Source: Craspedostauros australis (lineage: Eukaryota). From it: a stretch of 61,270 nucleotides of DNA. The notes under the pieces were generated by a model. It saw only the letters and a program-made list of their open reading frames with translations. It did no database searches and had not been told where the DNA came from. This document shows positions 1 to 11,342 of the stretch, piece after piece. Position 1 is the first letter of the stretch, and every line of letters starts with the position of its first letter. Position numbers and translations under genes: made by a program. The DNA lies in assembly GCA_030167865.1 (NCBI GenBank), contig JALAGF010003917.1, forward strand, positions 1 to 61,270. Direction: 5' to 3'.

Positions 1-1
1 G

Positions 2-3000
2 CAGAGCGATCGCGGCTTCGGGAAAGATGACAGTAGCAACAAGGATGACGAAGCCAACGCATTGAAAACCACCGCAGCTGTTGGCGTGGCTGCAGCAGTC
101 ATTACGGCGGCATCTGTGGCAGCTGCAGCTGCAGCTGCAGCCAAACCCACGACCACTACCACAGCCACAGCCACAGCCAAACCCAACGTCACAGCTGATG
201 GCAGCCCTGCAGTCAGCGTGGCGACGAGCGCAAGCGCCAAATCGAACCCTGTCGATGGTAGCTGCACCGACAACGCGTCTGCGGTCTCAACAAACGATGG
301 TACCGACGCCGTTCAAGATGCATCGGCAAGTGTTTCGACTGGTCACATCGAGCGTAACTCATCCCACAAGTCGGTCAGCACAGAGAAGTCGTCATCGGAC
401 GATGTCACCAAGAACGCCCGGACTGGAGTAGCCACAGGTGCAGCAGCTGTCCTTGGGGTTGGCGCAGCGACCATGACCAAGTCTTTGATGAATGCAGAAA
501 AGGATTGCGACAATGCTGATGTTGGTGGTGCTCTGGCTGAACATGACCCAATTGATGTCACCGACCACGGAAGCCATGGTGGTGTGTCACCTGGGAATTC
601 CCCCATCGAGCAACAGCCCCCAGCAGAGAGCGCCTCCCGCTCGCGAAATGTGGAAGAGATCATAGTGCTCGACGACGAAGATGACCACTGCTACGGTGAC
701 AACGAGGGTAAAGATGATCACCAGCAGAATCTACCATCGCAGAGTCATTCCGATGGCGTCATCGTTATCAGCGACTCCATGGAGGAGAAGCATTCGTACG
801 AGGATCCATGTGGAGACGACGCCCTTCCATCACGCGATTCGGCACAGAGCACTGGCACCGACAAGTCCACCAGCAACCCAGCTGGTGCAGCACCAGTCAT
901 CGACCTCGTGAACTACGACAGCACAAGCTTTGAGGTGTACGATGGTGAGAGCGGCGATGTCATTGTGTGCCACGAGATGGATCCCTATGAAGTCGTGGAC
1001 AACCCGGCCCAATCCGCGACGGCCGCAGCCACAAGCTCACAGGCAAAACAAGGCCCAGTGGTGTCTGAGGAGAGCAAAGGTCAGCAGAAGGCGGGCATCA
1101 CCTCATCACAGCTGTTGGCCCCGGCTGTTGCATCGTTGGCCACCATTGGGGTTCTCAGCACCATGGGACGCGCAAGAGACAACGCGCAAACGAAAGAAGC
1201 CGACGCCAGTACCAAGAAGTCTGCACAAACAAGCATAATTTCGGAGACAGAATCTGCATCTGCATCTGCGGTGCCCACTCCACAAGAAGAGATCAGCGCA
1301 AGGACTCGATCATCTTCAGCACAAGATGATCCCAGTCAGGTAGTGAAGTCTTCGTCAACACGCGATGGCAGCGAAGAGATGGACCCTTCTGCAGCGAAGG
1401 AGCAAAGCATCCAATCAATGCAAACAGGACAGGAGGCCAAGCGAAACGAATGCGAAGATCATGGCAAGGAGGACGCGACAATCAACGAAGAGGCGTCCAA
1501 TGGCGACGCACCCAAGAGACAGGAAGTCCAATCTGCTCCATCTAGCAAGCCCGAAGAACTGCCACCTACGCGAGCCATGGAACGTGAGATCATTTCCGAA
1601 TCAGAACAGCAAGGGGCAGCGACTGACGAGAACAAGACAGGCAGCGCCGACACTGTCGCGAAGACGATTGTGGCAGCTGCAGTCGTTGGCATCGCTGGTA
1701 TCGCAGGAGCAGCAGCCATGTCCTCCAAAAGGGCATCCAATGGGGATGAGGACGAGGAAGATGAAGATGAAGATGAAGCCAGTGACAAGGCCGAAGAAGC
1801 TGTCGGTGAGACGCAGCAGAAGACAGACGCGACGACGTCAACACCCGAAGCGCACACGGCAGTAAGATCCGAACAGATGGAAGCCGACGAACACTTGAGA
1901 GCCATGTCCAATCCTACCTCCAAATCAAGCAGCACCATCCATGCACCGTCTTCGTCTGACCGCATGGAAGTGGACACGATCGTGGATGACGAAATCGTGG
2001 ATGACCACGTTCCCGTTGTGAACTCGTTTGGAGTCATGGAGCCATCGCACAGCATGAAGTCCGACGGTGCGAAAAACAGCGCGTCTTCTCCAAGAAGTAC
2101 CAACACCCGGACCATCGCAGCGGTCACCGCCATTGCAGCTGCCGCAGCCGCAGCCGTGGCTGCATCTGGCCCAGCGCATGAAGGCAACGTTGACGCATCA
2201 GAGCATGAGGAAGACGAGCCAACCGCCTCGAAGTCCCACACAGCCTCCGCCTCAAGCGGAGACAGCAGCGATGTGCAAACTTTCGACAGCCCCAACGCTC
2301 TCGACTCGGAGCAGGACGGCATCGAAATATCGCTGTCCCAAGATCTTGTGCGAAGGCAGGACTATTGGCCAGTAAACGCAACTGGTCTTGCGATGCAGCA
2401 GCGGAGCGAGGCAATTGACCCTCCACAAGATGTGTCCAACGTAGGTGTATCCTATTCATCGAGCTCTCCGTCCGTGCCACCATCAGACCCGTCGGGTTCA
2501 TCTCAACTGTCGCAGCTCTTGCAGTCCTCCGCGTCGTCGCAGCCATCACAATCCGTGGGGATTTCAGCAGCATCTGCAACGTCCAAACCATCCGCAGGCG
2601 CGGACCCGCCTTCCGCTGCATCTCGTGCTGATGTTGGACGTGCGGCCACTGCGGTGGCAGCCGCTGGTCTGGTGGTATCAGCAGCAGCAGCAGTAGTAGC
2701 AGCAACTGCCAGCAAACGGGGATTGACCTCTTCATCCAGTGATTCTTTCAACACTGCCGTCGGCTCACATCAACAACAGCAACAGCAAACGCAACAACAG
2801 CGACAGCTGCGGTCGATCTCCCGTGATCCGCTGCCATCTTCCAGCTTGGAAGGCGAAGGTGCGGCGCCGCCAGCGTCGTCATCCCGACGCGCATCCGCAG
2901 AAGTGAACGATGCCAGGTCCATTGATCGTGTTTCAAAGAAGGCATCCGCAGAATCGCAATCGATCCATGACACCACAAAATCGAACGCAGCAGTTGCCTC

Positions 3001-6000
3001 CAACGAAGCGCACGACATCAGCCGAGGAACTGGGCGTTCAAAAAACGAAGGGGCCGCCGACGATGACCAGTCTGTTGCAAGCAAGCAATCTTACGCATCG
3101 AGAGCATCCGCTGGAGGCAAGTCGGTGTCATCCAGAGCCACGACACGAAGTGCTCGATCCCGAAGCAGCAGAATGAGCAAGCCCACCCCCGAAGACATGC
3201 GCTCAACGCATTCTCGTGCACGAAAGCCGAAACCCGAAGCATCGGTGGTGTCCAACACAAGAGGCATCGACACGATCAAGGAGAACATGGTGATCCAAGT
3301 CGCCGCCGCCACTGTCGGAGTTGCAGCTGCCACAGCCGTCATTGCAGCAAGCGGCCGACGGGATGACGCAAGTGCACAGACCGAAAGCCGGTCAAAATCG
3401 CGATCACTCTCGCAAGCCCAATCTGGACATCTCGCAGCTACAGGAATCCCGGTGCTTGACACGGTCCACGTGGGCAGCAGTGACATCGACCAAACGATCG
3501 AGCTAATTTTGTCCGATGAACAGACAGCCAAGGACAGCAAGGGCAGCAATGGCGATGGACTCACAACGATGCTGACATCTGCCTCGACCGGAGAGAATGG
3601 AAGCAAGTCTGCCAGTGCGAGTCGCAGCCAACAAGTGGGATCTGCCATCGGGCAACGTCACATCCCCGGAATGGGATTTGCAGCCGGTAGCCTGGTGTCT
3701 GGGAGCAGAAGCTACACGAGTGCCATCCAAGTGAACAAGACAAACTCCAGCATGTCACGACAGCATTCGCAAGCCCAACGGGACCGAGTAGGCATGATGA
3801 GCCGGACGTGGTCCTTGTCCAACATGACAGGGACCAAGAGCAATCTGAAATCATCTGTCAGCGGCAAAGACAGCAACACGACCGAAGGCAACTGCCAGGA
3901 CGGAAACGAGCACGGAGACAAGAACGAGAACACAAGCACCTCGCGTCTGGGACGAGGTCTGGCTCTTGTTACAGTCGCTGCAGCCGTGCCTATGATGGCG
4001 CACAATCATCAGCAGTCTCAACATGACCGTTCTCACAACCAGCGCACAGTGGCCAGCAACCCAGGCACCAGTCACAACATGCACTCTGCCGGTACCGAAA
4101 GAGCACAAACTGACGCCAATGCGAATGCTGCGCACACTACGCGAGCTGCTGCGGATATCAGTGGAGGCTCCACCGCGACGCGGCCACTTGGCACACAGAC
4201 TTTCAGCAACGACGCTGATCCTCAAGGCACCAACGGAATCAGTAACGACGGTGTCGACGATTCTGGGACGAATCCATACAGCCCGACGAGAGCCATGTTA
4301 CGATCCATGAATTCCGATGACTTCATACCCAGCAACGGCATGGCCGGGCACATGCTCGACGACGACGATGCGTACTGGGATACTCTGTCAACCATTGCAT
4401 CCACCAAGGACAAGAGCATGACCTCTGGCCTTCGCAACGGCCGACGGCATCGATCTACTCCCGCACCAGCTCCCATTCCAAGCGAGATTACCACGAAGGA
4501 TGCACAGCCCGGTAGCACCTCGGCAGGCGTTGCAGCTGTGGCGGTAGCGGCAGCCGCAGCCACCGCAGCGGTGACAGCAGCCGTTTCATCGTCAGCAACA
4601 TCAGCATCATCCGAGGGTGAGTCTGGAACAGCCGCGACCATCCCGGTGCAAACAAAGTCCCACGATGCATCTTTGCGAACGAAGAGCACTGACAGAGCCA
4701 ACAGTGACAAGATGCGAGGAGTGAGCCACACTGACGACATCAACCAAAGCAGCGCATTGGAACAATCTCGCGACACTCAGCTGCAATCAACAGAGCGCGA
4801 ACCATCCGTGTCCGTATCTGCAGCGGCAACAACGACGACTCTGGGCTTGGTGACAGGAGGTGCGGCAATCGCAGCTGCGATGGCATTGAGATCATCGTCG
4901 TCAGGCGGCGACAATCAGTCAAACAAGGGCGACGATCTTGCCAAGGAAATCACGAAGACTTGGTCGTCATCGCTTGATCCGAGTCGCTCCAAGTCGAAAT
5001 CTCTCCATCCATCGATTTCGTATGCCACAGCTGAAACGGATGCGAAGTCAGGGTGGAAATCGTCCGCCATCCATGCATCAACGAGCAGCCACAGTCAAGC
5101 CAGCATCTCCAATCACATCAAAGCGCAATCATCAGCGGCTTCTGCTTCACAATACAGCACCAACGCGTATCCCGCATTGGTCACTGGCGCCAAATCCATG
5201 CCCATTGCTGGAGTGGATTCGAGATCGACAGAGGGGCAGCAGCATGGTGAAACTTCATCCTGGCCGCGCTCAGGAACGACGAATATCCACGCGGATTCCT
5301 TGCGAGCGGACACCGGTTCGCGTCCCACCGTCGGCAATGGTGTACGAAGGCGATTTGGACGAGGAGACGAGGACAGAACAGCTGTTGAGCTACAGACGTC
5401 TGAGACTTTTGTGTCGGCTGCCTCATCAGTTTCGGGAGAAGCGGTGGGGGCTTCATCTGGAATGGTGTTGGGAGCTTCTGCTGCAGCTGCCGTGACCGCG
5501 GGCTCCATCGCTGCTGCCCGCCCTAAATTCCGCCAAATGAAGGTGATCCCGTTGCCAATGGCAGTTCCTGTCATTGGGTCGTCGCCTTCCACAAGCGACG
5601 CAAGCAACGCCGCGAGCGAGGACAATGTACTACATGCACCACCACTGAAATCGGATGACAGCAGCGATGCCAATAAAGGGGTGCTTCAAGAACGTGTCGG
5701 TCAGGTTGATAATGATGATGATGATGATGATGCACGTCCTGACAACGTGAAGGCAGTGGAGCTCACCATGGCCAAAATCGACTCGTTGATCGACACCATC
5801 GGAACGAACGTGATTGACGATGTCAGCGATGTCGACGATGGTAGGAGCACTTCGTCGTTGTCCTACAGTCTCTCGAAGTACGCCGCAAGCGTCATGACAG
5901 CTCCGTCATCGTCAGATGCTGGGGGCAGCGAGGGTGCACTATCCAAGAGAAGCAACTCCGCCCACGCAATGCGCATCCTGAACAGCTGCCTCTCCCGGGA

Positions 6001-9000
6001 TCCGTCTGGTGCCGTCTCTTCTGAGGCAAGTTCGAGCGGCGAAGAACGTAGCAAGACGGAGTTGAGGAAGAGTGCCTCGGCCCATTCGCAATCTTCACTG
6101 GTTCACAACATGAGCGGAAGCGCCGGCTCTGCTCTCGATGGTTCAAGGGCCACAGACGGGTCTTCAACGATCATGCCAACAGTGTCGCAGCTCAATATGG
6201 GACATGGATCCAGGAGCATTGGCAGCTCGCAGAAGTCCATTATGTCGAGCTCCACACAAGCGCCGTCCGCCACTTCTGCAGTGGATCGAGCAGTTCATGA
6301 AACACCAAGCGCAACCAACGATGCCGCCGATGGGATGGATCTCCAGCATCACCAAGAGCAGCAGCAACAGCAGCAGCTGCTGCAGGGTCCAGTTCCTTCT
6401 TCTGCACTTGCAGGAGTGAACCTGGACAACCAGTACCTCGTCGATGAATCGGTACAGGGATCGGACAGCTTTGGGACGGAAGACAACAGCGCTCTGTTGT
6501 TGACGGTGACGAGATCGGACATGGAGGAGAATTCGTCCTCCGCCAAGGCTGCAAGCGAAGGTGGGAGCGCTGATGGGAAAGCACGCAGCTCAGACCACGA
6601 GGAAGCTACCCGCACAATGGACCAGCAGCCATTCCATGCCGACGAAGACCAAGCGCCACAACAGCCAGGTCAAGCCATCGATGGCGCTGAGCGAACGCCG
6701 TTCAATCCTCTCGTTGTTGGTGCAGTTGCAACTGCGGCAGCTAGTGCAGCGGGTGCTGCCGCAATGATTCTTTCGAGACCACGGGATGCCTCGGAAGACG
6801 GTGGTGACGAAAACACTTCCGGTGAGATTCGCCAAAGAGAAGTCATGTGGGGATACGAGGAGGTTTTCGATGCCGAAAGTCGTCGCAGTCAAACATCATC
6901 CACAAGGAGCAGAGCATCACTCCCCGCTTCGGCATCCTCCACAGCATCTCAAGCAGGAATGGATTATCCGCCGATGTACGCACACTCCCACGTTCATCGT
7001 GATCATCTCAATCAACACCAGCAGCAGGACTACGGCGTGTATCAGAACAGAGGCCACTTTGCGTTCCACCAACCCGCAGAACGTTCGTTGATCGATCCTC
7101 CTGAGGAAACGAACGAGGTCATCGATCTGTCGCATGCGTCGTGGGATGGTGCGGTCATGGTGGAGGATGTGATGGAATTCGGAAGCACCATGGCAGCAGC
7201 AGGCATGAGCTCCGAAGACCAAGTGTCCTCATCGGCGTCCAGCTCTTCCCGAAGCGACGTCGACACACTAGCCGCGATGATCAGAAAGCGGCAGCTCGCA
7301 ACCAGTAGTCAAGCCGGCGCAAGCGCCAACGAGAACGAGAACGAGAACGACCCACCGGGTGAATCGGCCGAGGGCCGACGCGAAGCTTCGTTGTACGAAG
7401 TCTTGCTTGGTACTTTGGGAGTTGCAGGGTCAGCTGCTTTCATTGCTGGGAGGAGTCCACAGGGACCACCTTCCGAGCCAGCCAAGCAGGACGCTCCCGC
7501 CGATTGCGATCAAATCGAGCTACAGGCGGCTCGCACAAATTCAGCCGAAGAACAACCATCAGGCGCGTCACAGAGCTCGTCCGATGCTAGCTCTGCCAAT
7601 TGGCAGAGGGAGCTTGGATCCAACCTGGCGTCTTCAACGAGACACGGGCCTCAAGACGAGGAACCACGGCAGCAGCAACAGCATCAACCGCAGCATCAAT
7701 CACAACAACAGCCGCATTTCAAGGTCATGAGAGACCCATCCATCAACAACTTGATCCACAAGATGGACAGAATGAACGAATCTTCGCAACGGCACAACGC
7801 CAACGAGCCCAGAAGTTCGGATAGCAACGCAGTCGTCGGCCCATCCCATCTACGCGGCACTCAGCAGGAATCTCAGCTAAGAACCGTTCCCAATACCAAC
7901 CGTGCGGTCGTCCATGATGACAACAGCAGCATCATGAATGAAACCACGGCGAACCGGGATTTGCTCGCCACCATGGCACTCACAGAGCAAGAGCTAGATG
8001 ATCTGTCTCCCGAGGAAGAAGAGAGGCTGATTTCACGCACGCTGGAACTGTCGAAGGCATTGCTGGCATCGATGAACACCAATCCGACCTTCGATTCAGC
8101 GTCGGATGAGGACATGGTGCGTTCATTGGCGTCTCGTGCCGCACAGCAAGAAGGTGATGCAAGCGCCTCATTCAGACAGTCAGTCGATCCAGAATCGGCT
8201 GCAGCATCGCGCTACGGAGATGACGAAAGTACGGCAAGATCTTTGGCCACTGTGACCAGGTCCAGGGCGAGTCGAGCACCCCGTCCTGAACACTTCACTG
8301 GAGCAGCCCTCGTGGAACAAGAGCGAAGCGTCGCGAATTCGCCGAACGACGAAGGCACGATCTCGACAGCCCCGACACCCCAACTGTCCAACGCAAACAA
8401 CGAGACCATTGTCCCACTCTCTGTGTCTTTCCACCAGCGCCAGATGCTCGCCGCGAAGAGCAAGGGCTTGAAGCTGGAGGCATCTGCAAGCGTTGCAGAT
8501 TCATCGTCGATGCCCGGGGATGAGGACGAGAACGAGGACGAGCACGAGGATGACAGCAATGCAAGCAGCAGTCAACATCCACAGATGGTACCAGCCGCAC
8601 AGCGACCAGGCTCTCAGAGCAGGAGTTCGTCGCACACACATGTGAGCGATCTTAGCCCCGAAACACCGATCGAGTTGGATCGTCTGCTCGCGCAGTTCCA
8701 GCTCCTCACCAGACAGCTAGTCGATGCTCCCGAAGTGCCGAGGGAGGACTACGACAACACCAGCGGAAGCGTCGCGAGTCGGCAGGATGCGAACGAACGC
8801 AGCAAGCGCACTGGTGATAAGCCCATTGCGGGCATTGCTCCGAGAATCGGTCGAGCTGCTGAAACTCAGTCGATGATGGATGCAGTGTCAACATACCAGA
8901 GGTTGGAGCAGCTTGAATCGTCCGCAAGGCCGGTGCAGTTTGGTTCGTCAGCTGCCCATCACCAGACCGCCAACCGCAATCCGAGCGTGACTTCTGAGCA

Positions 9001-10120
9001 GCAACAGGCAATGGAGCACACCGGCGTTGCCCCGCCATTGCAGCAAATACCAACGCAGCAGCTGCAACAGCAGCCTCAAGAGAGGTTCGCCACTCGTCTG
9101 CAACGGCCATCTATCCGAGAAGCAGGCGGACGAATTGGCCATGCCGCGCAGCCAACCAAAAACACAACCATGGTGGGACCGCCCGGAGACAACGACATGG
9201 ACAGCAGTGCTGGCCGTGTGCAGAGACTCCGCCAACAGAGACAGAATGCGCTGGACAGGCTCCGGGCATCAAAGACCACAAGTGGCCGTGACTTGTCGAC
9301 AAATGCAAGCGGTGATGCTGTTCCACTTTCTGGAAGCGATCATAGTCTTCGTCAAGTACGCTCGGAGGTGGGTTCTGCTGCCGCTCCATCACCGCGGGCT
9401 CCCCGACAGCGCACGCCCCGTGCATTTCAGGACCGAGATCTTCCTCATTCCTTCTCAGAGTCGCAGATGTACTCACAGGCATACACGAGAGGTACTCGGC
9501 AGCATGAGAGACAGCATCAACAGTATCAACAGTATCCACGGCAGCAGCAGCAGCAGCAGCAGCAACCATTCCCGGCCCTGCAGAATGCACGCCGTGCTCC
9601 TCAGCCGATACAGAGAGTGCAGCCACGCCAACGTGATCGATTCTCACAATACCAAATCACCAACACGCTGTCATCGGACACGAACTTGGCGGCCGGATCG
9701 TCTGCTGCCAATCCAGTCGATCTCGATCATTTTTCGGATCAGTTCGATAGCGACACCAACACGGATGCAAGTGAGAGCGTTGGCATGACCACCCAGCAGG
9801 CCAACATGGATACCATGGACATGCACGTGAGGATGTCGGAGTCATCAGATTCCGAGACGACCACGCCATCGACGAAGGCTCGCGATTTGCAGAAGCAGAT
9901 CCAAGACGTTCTCCAGGCATCGAAGGAGCTGAAATCGACGCAGGAGAAGCTAGGAAGCGAACTCACATCGTTCAAGAGCCGCTACCACCAACGATCCAGC
10001 CATCTGGAAGGCAAAGCCATGAGGATGGTGGGCGAAGTCCAATCGCTTCGTGGCGGAAGCAACAGCCAAAGCAGCGGCTTCATGGCTTCCTCTTCGTCGC
10101 AGTCTCATCAGGCTCCATAA
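2..10120 (+). CDS. Giant low-complexity, probably disordered S/A/D/E/Q-rich protein (>3,370 aa, open at the window's 5' edge) with about 13 Ala/Gly/Val-rich hydrophobic blocks and a C-terminal coiled-coil-like segment
   Basis: Uninterrupted 10.1-kb reading frame that stays open back to base 2, so the true start lies outside the window; TAA ends at 10120. No recognisable catalytic domain. C-terminal heptad-like segment KARDLQKQIQDVLQASKELKSTQEKLGSEL. Confidence 0.9.
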   Translation, partial: QSDRGFGKDDSSNKDDEANALKTTAAVGVAAAVITAASVAAAAAAAAKPTTTTTATATAKPNVTADGSPAVSVATSASAKSNPVDGSCTDNASAVSTNDGTDAVQDASASVSTGHIERNSSHKSVSTEKSSSDDVTKNARTGVATGAAAVLGVGAATMTKSLMNAEKDCDNADVGGALAEHDPIDVTDHGSHGGVSPGNSPIEQQPPAESASRSRNVEEIIVLDDEDDHCYGDNEGKDDHQQNLPSQSHSDGVIVISDSMEEKHSYEDPCGDDALPSRDSAQSTGTDKSTSNPAGAAPVIDLVNYDSTSFEVYDGESGDVIVCHEMDPYEVVDNPAQSATAAATSSQAKQGPVVSEESKGQQKAGITSSQLLAPAVASLATIGVLSTMGRARDNAQTKEADASTKKSAQTSIISETESASASAVPTPQEEISARTRSSSAQDDPSQVVKSSSTRDGSEEMDPSAAKEQSIQSMQTGQEAKRNECEDHGKEDATINEEASNGDAPKRQEVQSAPSSKPEELPPTRAMEREIISESEQQGAATDENKTGSADTVAKTIVAAAVVGIAGIAGAAAMSSKRASNGDEDEEDEDEDEASDKAEEAVGETQQKTDATTSTPEAHTAVRSEQMEADEHLRAMSNPTSKSSSTIHAPSSSDRMEVDTIVDDEIVDDHVPVVNSFGVMEPSHSMKSDGAKNSASSPRSTNTRTIAAVTAIAAAAAAAVAASGPAHEGNVDASEHEEDEPTASKSHTASASSGDSSDVQTFDSPNALDSEQDGIEISLSQDLVRRQDYWPVNATGLAMQQRSEAIDPPQDVSNVGVSYSSSSPSVPPSDPSGSSQLSQLLQSSASSQPSQSVGISAASATSKPSAGADPPSAASRADVGRAATAVAAAGLVVSAAAAVVAATASKRGLTSSSSDSFNTAVGSHQQQQQQTQQQRQLRSISRDPLPSSSLEGEGAAPPASSSRRASAEVNDARSIDRVSKKASAESQSIHDTTKSNAAVASNEAHDISRGTGRSKNEGAADDDQSVASKQSYASRASAGGKSVSSRATTRSARSRSSRMSKPTPEDMRSTHSRARKPKPEASVVSNTRGIDTIKENMVIQVAAATVGVAAATAVIAASGRRDDASAQTESRSKSRSLSQAQSGHLAATGIPVLDTVHVGSSDIDQTIELILSDEQTAKDSKGSNGDGLTTMLTSASTGENGSKSASASRSQQVGSAIGQRHIPGMGFAAGSLVSGSRSYTSAIQVNKTNSSMSRQHSQAQRDRVGMMSRTWSLSNMTGTKSNLKSSVSGKDSNTTEGNCQDGNEHGDKNENTSTSRLGRGLALVTVAAAVPMMAHNHQQSQHDRSHNQRTVASNPGTSHNMHSAGTERAQTDANANAAHTTRAAADISGGSTATRPLGTQTFSNDADPQGTNGISNDGVDDSGTNPYSPTRAMLRSMNSDDFIPSNGMAGHMLDDDDAYWDTLSTIASTKDKSMTSGLRNGRRHRSTPAPAPIPSEITTKDAQPGSTSAGVAAVAVAAAAATAAVTAAVSSSATSASSEGESGTAATIPVQTKSHDASLRTKSTDRANSDKMRGVSHTDDINQSSALEQSRDTQLQSTEREPSVSVSAAATTTTLGLVTGGAAIAAAMALRSSSSGGDNQSNKGDDLAKEITKTWSSSLDPSRSKSKSLHPSISYATAETDAKSGWKSSAIHASTSSHSQASISNHIKAQSSAASASQYSTNAYPALVTGAKSMPIAGVDSRSTEGQQHGETSSWPRSGTTNIHADSLRADTGSRPTVGNGVRRRFGRGDEDRTAVELQTSETFVSAASSVSGEAVGASSGMVLGASAAAAVTAGSIAAARPKFRQMKVIPLPMAVPVIGSSPSTSDASNAASEDNVLHAPPLKSDDSSDANKGVLQERVGQVDNDDDDDDARPDNVKAVELTMAKIDSLIDTIGTNVIDDVSDVDDGRSTSSLSYSLSKYAASVMTAPSSSDAGGSEGALSKRSNSAHAMRILNSCLSRDPSGAVSSEASSSGEERSKTELRKSASAHSQSSLVHNMSGSAGSALDGSRATDGSSTIMPTVSQLNMGHGSRSIGSSQKSIMSSSTQAPSATSAVDRAVHETPSATNDAADGMDLQHHQEQQQQQQLLQGPVPSSALAGVNLDNQYLVDESVQGSDSFGTEDNSALLLTVTRSDMEENSSSAKAASEGGSADGKARSSDHEEATRTMDQQPFHADEDQAPQQPGQAIDGAERTPFNPLVVGAVATAAASAAGAAAMILSRPRDASEDGGDENTSGEIRQREVMWGYEEVFDAESRRSQTSSTRSRASLPASASSTASQAGMDYPPMYAHSHVHRDHLNQHQQQDYGVYQNRGHFAFHQPAERSLIDPPEETNEVIDLSHASWDGAVMVEDVMEFGSTMAAAGMSSEDQVSSSASSSSRSDVDTLAAMIRKRQLATSSQAGASANENENENDPPGESAEGRREASLYEVLLGTLGVAGSAAFIAGRSPQGPPSEPAKQDAPADCDQIELQAARTNSAEEQPSGASQSSSDASSANWQRELGSNLASSTRHGPQDEEPRQQQQHQPQHQSQQQPHFKVMRDPSINNLIHKMDRMNESSQRHNANEPRSSDSNAVVGPSHLRGTQQESQLRTVPNTNRAVVHDDNSSIMNETTANRDLLATMALTEQELDDLSPEEEERLISRTLELSKALLASMNTNPTFDSASDEDMVRSLASRAAQQEGDASASFRQSVDPESAAASRYGDDESTARSLATVTRSRASRAPRPEHFTGAALVEQERSVANSPNDEGTISTAPTPQLSNANNETIVPLSVSFHQRQMLAAKSKGLKLEASASVADSSSMPGDEDENEDEHEDDSNASSSQHPQMVPAAQRPGSQSRSSSHTHVSDLSPETPIELDRLLAQFQLLTRQLVDAPEVPREDYDNTSGSVASRQDANERSKRTGDKPIAGIAPRIGRAAETQSMMDAVSTYQRLEQLESSARPVQFGSSAAHHQTANRNPSVTSEQQQAMEHTGVAPPLQQIPTQQLQQQPQERFATRLQRPSIREAGGRIGHAAQPTKNTTMVGPPGDNDMDSSAGRVQRLRQQRQNALDRLRASKTTSGRDLSTNASGDAVPLSGSDHSLRQVRSEVGSAAAPSPRAPRQRTPRAFQDRDLPHSFSESQMYSQAYTRGTRQHERQHQQYQQYPRQQQQQQQQPFPALQNARRAPQPIQRVQPRQRDRFSQYQITNTLSSDTNLAAGSSAANPVDLDHFSDQFDSDTNTDASESVGMTTQQANMDTMDMHVRMSESSDSETTTPSTKARDLQKQIQDVLQASKELKSTQEKLGSELTSFKSRYHQRSSHLEGKAMRMVGEVQSLRGGSNSQSSGFMASSSSQSHQAP

Positions 10121-11171
10121 GCCACCACCCAAATCCAAGGGAGAGACCTGTCGCAGGAGGACATCCAAGCGCAACAATTCCCTCTCACTCTCTGTATCTC
10201 TGTTGGCATGCCCAGCCCAGCCCAGGCGAAGCAGAACGAAACTGTAATCGTGACAGATATCGCAAATGCCAAGAGATGCAGCCCTTCGACAGGGTGAGAG
10301 ATGGAGGGGGCGCCATGTCTCACAAGCAAAGCGATGACCTTGCACGGCGACTTGGTTGCATTTTGGACTTGGATTTTCGCACCACCGAAACAGCATTTCA
10401 TGGGAGAGTCGCTCTCAGCGCAGATCCTCAAATCGTGAGAGGGTTCTACATCTTGCGCGGAACATCAGTTGCATGTCCCATGCTTGTGAGCATGACACCA
10501 CAAGCCGGATGTGCGCACGTGCGCTTGTCTCGGTGTGTGTGAGCCACCGTCGCCCACGGTGAAGCTCACACACATCGCATGTTGCACGTAGCGCATCGAG
10601 TCGATGGATGAATACAGGAAAGCACAACCGGATGTCCAAGAACACAATCAGTCTTCACCTGGCCAACAGGGATCCAAGAAGGCGAGAGGCGGACGACGAT
10701 CAACGCCTACGTCGAACGAGAACGAAAGACAGCCAATGTGTCGAAGCACAAGCAAATCAAAAGCACGATCAGAAGAAACAGAAACAAAAACTCAAATGTT
10801 AAATTAGAATGAATCCATACGAATTCCATATACAAAGCAAAGTACTTTACAATGACTCCAACGTTGGCGTTCCCTCCCATCCAAGTAGCTGAGAACTGGA
10901 GGTTGTGCTGCTGTGGGCGCAAGGAACCAGATGATTGTGTGGTGTCCTCCCGCTTCCAAACTTGTGTGATACTTGTGTGGACCGGCGAATGCTCCGAAGG
11001 CTGGCTGATGGCCATGCTACTCCACTGCATGTGCACAAGTCCAACGACGGGGTCTTCGATCCTGTCATTGACGTCCAAGAGGTCAAACGCAGAGCAGAGG
11101 ATTTCGATACCTGCTGCTCTTGCTCCCGTGTGACGTCAAAAACTATTGAGATCTTTTACCCCGCTCACATA

Positions 11172-11201
11172 CATTGCATTGCATTGCATTGCATTGCATT
11201 G
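11172..11201. repeat. (CATTG)6 microsatellite
   Basis: Six perfect copies, read directly, between two convergent genes. Confidence 0.95.
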
Positions 11202-11342
11202 GATACAGTGTGATGTGATGTGATTCGATGGGTTTCCACACGATTTGGAAACATACTGTCGTGCTTGCAGTGCGAGGGTTCTGATCAATACGGTACAGTA
11301 GCGTGTGTTGGCGTAACATGGCGTGAATCAGATCAGGTGTAT

